Assembly: GCA_965221485.1 (NCBI GenBank) | Contig: OZ244893.1 | Location: forward strand, 3,762,641-3,826,640 | DNA from: Alphaproteobacteria bacterium | GTDB lineage: Bacteria; Pseudomonadota; Alphaproteobacteria; MPNO01; UBA830 | Direction: 5' to 3' | DNA: 64,000 nucleotides | Shown: one piece after another, positions 60,093-64,000 of the stretch | Numbering within the stretch: the stretch's first letter is position 1 | How the letters are laid out: the number at the start of each line of letters is the position of its first letter | Notes under the pieces: model-generated | Seen by the model: only the letters and a program-made list of their open reading frames with translations | Database searches by the model: none | Told to the model about the DNA's origin: nothing | Translations under genes and position numbers: made by a program

Positions 60093-61526
60093 ATGACCGA
60101 TATCCAGAGTACTGATGAACTGTTTTTCGAGCGCGCGGGTCTCGATCGGGGACGAACCGAAGCCCTTGTCCGGGAAGCTCTGGATGGGGCGGACGACGGC
60201 GAGCTGTTTCTTGAGTATCGGCAGTCGGAAATGCTGGCCTTCGACGACAATCGGCTGAAGAATGCCTCCTTTGATACCATGCAGGGCTTTGGACTGCGTG
60301 GAGTTTCGGGCGAGGCGACGGGTTACGCCCATGCTTCCGAACTGTCTGAACCAGCAATCGCCCGGGCCGTGGAAACGGTTCGTGCGGTTCGCGCTGGTCA
60401 TGGCGGACAAGTCGACACGGGGCCGCGATCAACCAACAGAAGACTTTATGACAGCGATAATCCGGCTGCCGAGTTCGGTTTCTCGGAGAAGGTCAAGCTC
60501 CTCGAGGAGATGAACAGTTATGCGCGCAGTGCAGATCCCCGCGTTGTTCAGTTTACCGCGTCGATTGCGGGATCCTGGCAGGCGGTACGGGTCATGCGTG
60601 TTGACGGAGAGAAACGCGAGGACATCCGCCCTCTGGTGCGGGTCAATGTTTCGGTGGTTTGCCGTGAAGGCGATCGCATGGAGGCGGGCAGCCACGGCGT
60701 GGGCGGACGAACCGGCTATGCGGCCTTTCTGGAACCGCAAGCCTGGAAGGAACAGATAGATGAAGCCTTGCGCCAGGCCCTGATCAACCTGGACTCACAA
60801 CCGGCTCCGGCCGGAGAGATGGATGTCGTTCTAGGCCCCGGATGGCCGGGAGTCCTGCTTCACGAGGCGATCGGTCACGGGCTTGAAGGTGACTTCAATC
60901 GGAAGCAGACCAGTGCATTTTCCGGCCTCATGGGTGAGCGGGTCGCTTCGCCGGGCGTTACTGTTGTTGATGACGGTACGCTTGACCGGCGACGGGGCTC
61001 ACTTTCCATTGACGACGAAGGGACGCCTACATCGAAGACCATCCTCATCGAAGACGGGATACTGACCGGATACATGCAGGACCGGATCAATGCCCGCCTC
61101 ATGAATATGGAACCGACGGGAAACGGCCGGCGCGAAAGTTTTGCGCATGTGCCCATGCCTCGCATGACCAATACCTACATGCTGAACGGCGACAAGGACC
61201 CGGAAGAGATTATTGGTTCGGTGAAGAAAGGCCTTTATGCAGTCAATTTCGGAGGTGGTCAGGTGGATATCACGTCAGGGAAATTCGTGTTCTCTGCGTC
61301 GGAGGCCTACCTGATCGAGAATGGCCGGGTTGCGGCTCCGGTCAAGGGAGCAACCCTGATCGGCAACGGGCCCGATGTGCTCACCCGCGTCAAGATGATC
61401 GGCAATGACATGGCCCTCGATCCGGGAATCGGAACCTGTGGCAAGGACGGGCAGGGCGTGCCGGTGGGTGTCGGTCAGCCGACGATGCTGGTCGAGAATC
61501 TTACGGTCGGAGGAACAGCGGCCTGA
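60093..61526 (+). CDS. tldD: Metalloprotease TldD
   Basis: LLHEAIGHGLEGD, PMPRMTNT, CGKDGQGVPVG; start ATG 60093. Confidence 0.97.
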   Translation: MTDIQSTDELFFERAGLDRGRTEALVREALDGADDGELFLEYRQSEMLAFDDNRLKNASFDTMQGFGLRGVSGEATGYAHASELSEPAIARAVETVRAVRAGHGGQVDTGPRSTNRRLYDSDNPAAEFGFSEKVKLLEEMNSYARSADPRVVQFTASIAGSWQAVRVMRVDGEKREDIRPLVRVNVSVVCREGDRMEAGSHGVGGRTGYAAFLEPQAWKEQIDEALRQALINLDSQPAPAGEMDVVLGPGWPGVLLHEAIGHGLEGDFNRKQTSAFSGLMGERVASPGVTVVDDGTLDRRRGSLSIDDEGTPTSKTILIEDGILTGYMQDRINARLMNMEPTGNGRRESFAHVPMPRMTNTYMLNGDKDPEEIIGSVKKGLYAVNFGGGQVDITSGKFVFSASEAYLIENGRVAAPVKGATLIGNGPDVLTRVKMIGNDMALDPGIGTCGKDGQGVPVGVGQPTMLVENLTVGGTAA

Positions 61527-61537
61527 GATAACCCTGG

Positions 61538-62902
61538 TCAGTATGCAAATTCCTCATATACGGGTTCGATGCGGCCTTTCCACGGCCCGTTGAAGCGTTC
61601 CAGCAGTTCGTCGCTCGGACTTCTCCGCCGCGACACGATATCGAAAAGTGGAGCGAGATAGTCGCTTTCATCGCGATCCTTGGTGCCGGCGACAGCGCGG
61701 CGTTGCAACCCGCTTCGAGCGATTTCGAGGACCTCTCCTGCCAGGTCCGTGAGTTCCCGGTTCCGGAAGATTGTCCGGATCCCTTGTTTTGGAACCTCCC
61801 GTCTGAGATAGATGTGGTCATCAAGGGTCCAGTCCTTGACCAGCGTCCAGGCGGCAGTCTGGCTTTCGGTGTCATACAGCAGTCCGCTCCAAAGAGCCGG
61901 AAGGGCACACAGACGGTTCCATGGTCCCCCATCGGCGCCGCGCATTTCGAGAAACTGTTTCAGTCGGACCTCCGGGAAAATCGTTGTCAGGTGATCTGAC
62001 CAGTCGCTCATCGTCGGGATTTCTCCCTCATGCCCGGGCAGTCGGCCATCAATGAAATCACGGAACGACTTCCCGGATACATCGATATACTCGCCATCCC
62101 GGTAGAGAAAATACATGGGAACGTCCAGCGCATAGTCGACGTAGCGCTCAAAACCCATGCCGTCCTCAAAGACGAAGGGAAGAATGCCGCAGCGATCAGG
62201 ATCCGTGTCTTCCCACAAATGACTGCGGTAGGATTGCCACCCGCAGGGAACTCCTTCCACGAACGGCGAACTGGCAAAGAGTGCCGTGGCCACGGGTTGC
62301 AGTGCCAGGGAAACGCGAAATTTTTCGACCATGTCGGCTTCTGATTCGAAGTCGACATTCACTTGCACGGTGCAGGATCTCAGCATCATGTCGAGACCCA
62401 GATGGCCACGCGTGGGCATGTAGTCACGCATGATCCTGTAGCGACCCTTGGGCATCCAGTGCATGTCTTCTCGCTTGCCCCTGGGGAGAAATCCGAGTCC
62501 GAGAAGACCGAGACCCAGTTCGCTGGCAACTTCCTTGACCTGTGCGAGGTGCGTGTGAATTTCGTCGCAGGTCTGATGAACATTTTCCACTGGAGCACCG
62601 GACAATTCGAACTGACCGCCCGGCTCAAGCGTGATGCTGCACGCTTCCGATGTCAGCGCTATCGGATTCCCCTTTTCGTAAACCGGTTTCCAACCCCATC
62701 GGGTCAGCCCGTCGAGCATCGCCTGAATGCCTTGCGGTCCGTGATAGGGTGCCGGTTCGAGAGTGTCGAGTTTGAACACGAACTTCTCGTGTTCGGTCCC
62801 TATGCGCCACGCGCTGCGTGGCTTGCATCCAGCTTCAAAATGCGCGACCAGTTGTTGGAACTCGGTGACAGGTTCAGATTTTCCTGCCGGTGGTGCTGCC
62901 AT
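61538..62902 (-). CDS. gshA: Glutamate-cysteine ligase (plant/alphaproteobacterial type)
   Basis: IGTEHEKF, LEPGGQFELSG, FLEMRGAD. Confidence 0.95.
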   Translation of the reverse strand: MAAPPAGKSEPVTEFQQLVAHFEAGCKPRSAWRIGTEHEKFVFKLDTLEPAPYHGPQGIQAMLDGLTRWGWKPVYEKGNPIALTSEACSITLEPGGQFELSGAPVENVHQTCDEIHTHLAQVKEVASELGLGLLGLGFLPRGKREDMHWMPKGRYRIMRDYMPTRGHLGLDMMLRSCTVQVNVDFESEADMVEKFRVSLALQPVATALFASSPFVEGVPCGWQSYRSHLWEDTDPDRCGILPFVFEDGMGFERYVDYALDVPMYFLYRDGEYIDVSGKSFRDFIDGRLPGHEGEIPTMSDWSDHLTTIFPEVRLKQFLEMRGADGGPWNRLCALPALWSGLLYDTESQTAAWTLVKDWTLDDHIYLRREVPKQGIRTIFRNRELTDLAGEVLEIARSGLQRRAVAGTKDRDESDYLAPLFDIVSRRRSPSDELLERFNGPWKGRIEPVYEEFAY

Positions 62903-62980
62903 GGCTTATGGCTCTCCTGTGATGTTTGCCGAGTGGTTTGTCAGGATGGGGGGTACTGCGTCCGAGCAGATCAGTGCATC

Positions 62981-63724
62981 CTAGGCTGTCCAGTCTCCAA
63001 GCAGGCTCTGCCAACAGGCCAGAACAGCGGCGGCGGCCGTATCTGCCTTCAGGATCCGCGGTCCGAGACGCGTCGGTATAACAAACGGAATTTTGGCGAG
63101 AGCGTCAAGTTCGGAACGGCTGAAGCCGCCCTCCGGTCCGGTCAATACGGCCCAGGAGCCACCTTTTCTCACGTTCTCGAATACTTCGGCCACCGAACTG
63201 GCCGGTCCGGATTCGGCGCAAAGCACGATACGCCGAGCCGGATCCCAGCCGCTCATCAGTTCGGGAAGAGGAACGGGCTCGTCCACAGCCGGGACATTGA
63301 GACGTTGGCTTTGCTCCGCGGCTTCGACCGCATTGGCCCGAAGTCGCGCCGTGTTGACGCGGGTTGCCTGTGTGTGATCTGTCATGACCGGACACAGCCG
63401 GCCAATGCCAAGTTCGGTTGTCATTTTTGCAATGTTCAACATGGCTGCCGCCTTGACCGGTGCGAAAACGAGCCAAATGTCTGGTGGCGTGCGTTGGGTT
63501 TGCAATTGATCTTCGACGATCATCATGCAGCGGGTCCGCGTTTCAAAGGAGATCCGCGCGCGCCACTCGCCGTCCCGGCCATTGAAGAGACGGACTTCTT
63601 CACCGTTCTTGCGTCGCATGACACCACGCAGATAATGGAGTTGTTCAAAAGAAGCCGGAACTGCGTGATTTTTCTGCAGGGAGTATTCCACGAACAACCG
63701 TGGTGGAGACGGGGACGGCTTCAT
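62981..63724 (-). CDS. rsmE: 16S rRNA m3U1498 methyltransferase
   Basis: HYLRGVMR, EAAEQS, GPEGGFS, LGPRILKADTA. Confidence 0.94.
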   Translation of the reverse strand: MKPSPSPPRLFVEYSLQKNHAVPASFEQLHYLRGVMRRKNGEEVRLFNGRDGEWRARISFETRTRCMMIVEDQLQTQRTPPDIWLVFAPVKAAAMLNIAKMTTELGIGRLCPVMTDHTQATRVNTARLRANAVEAAEQSQRLNVPAVDEPVPLPELMSGWDPARRIVLCAESGPASSVAEVFENVRKGGSWAVLTGPEGGFSRSELDALAKIPFVIPTRLGPRILKADTAAAAVLACWQSLLGDWTA

Positions 63725-64000
63725 GGCACGAGTATATCCCTGTTTCGGTATTCTCTGAAAGACTTCCAGGCCCCCGGTGCGAACGAATGCTGCCGGGTGA
63801 GGGCCAACAGATACCGGTAAACCTGAAGCCTGAATCCGGCAGCGATCGGGCGAATCGCCAGCCTCCGGGACAAGGTTTGCATGCCAGGGCGACTTTGTGG
63901 AATATGCGCTGACGGTGTGTTCGTCGCAGGATAACGGACAAAACCTGCGATCCGGGAGGTAAAATGACAGGAACAGAATCCGGCCCGGACAGGATTGCGG

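Noticed and set aside
59434..60280. ORFs with WPWPWP, QGQGQG or ALALAL repeats
   Set aside because: They are translations of the intergenic AGGGCC repeat in frames overlapping ychF or tldD.
1..64000. CRISPR array, rRNA, group II intron, prophage
   Set aside because: No regularly spaced repeats, rRNA-like sequence, intron domain V or phage genes were recognised.

Overview
A high-GC alphaproteobacterial chromosome segment, Rhodospirillales-like in gene order. The housekeeping backbone contains smr-hslUV, hisBHAFE-hit, bfr/bfd, tRNA-Glu(CTC), rluD-rpoH, serC-serA-hisZ-purA, ompR/envZ, csaA, a phasin, proC, ubiK, lgt-midA-pgeF, prs-rplY-pth-ychF, tldD, gshA and rsmE. Two accessory blocks interrupt it. 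Block 1 (about 3.6-17.4 kb, between hslV and hisB) carries sarcosine oxidase soxBDAG, ghrA, a large stalked surface lipoprotein with a low-GC TbpB-like barrel head, an internally deleted IS110-family element and an orphan quinol-dependent NO reductase. Block 2 (about 23-35 kb, next to the tRNA-Glu 3' end) carries a sulfonate-type ABC transporter, a signal-less binding-protein-fold protein, a TTT transporter, two sulfatases and a 384-bp non-coding element bounded by inverted repeats. The strongest signal is the roughly 480-bp IS110 relic at 13903-14380. It has lost most of its recombinase but keeps a structured, bridge-RNA-like left end, a TTGACA right end and AGTC direct repeats. It also appears to supply the -35 box of the neighbouring lipoprotein promoter, so it is a candidate excisable ON/OFF switch. 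All family calls come from motif recognition; no database searches were run.
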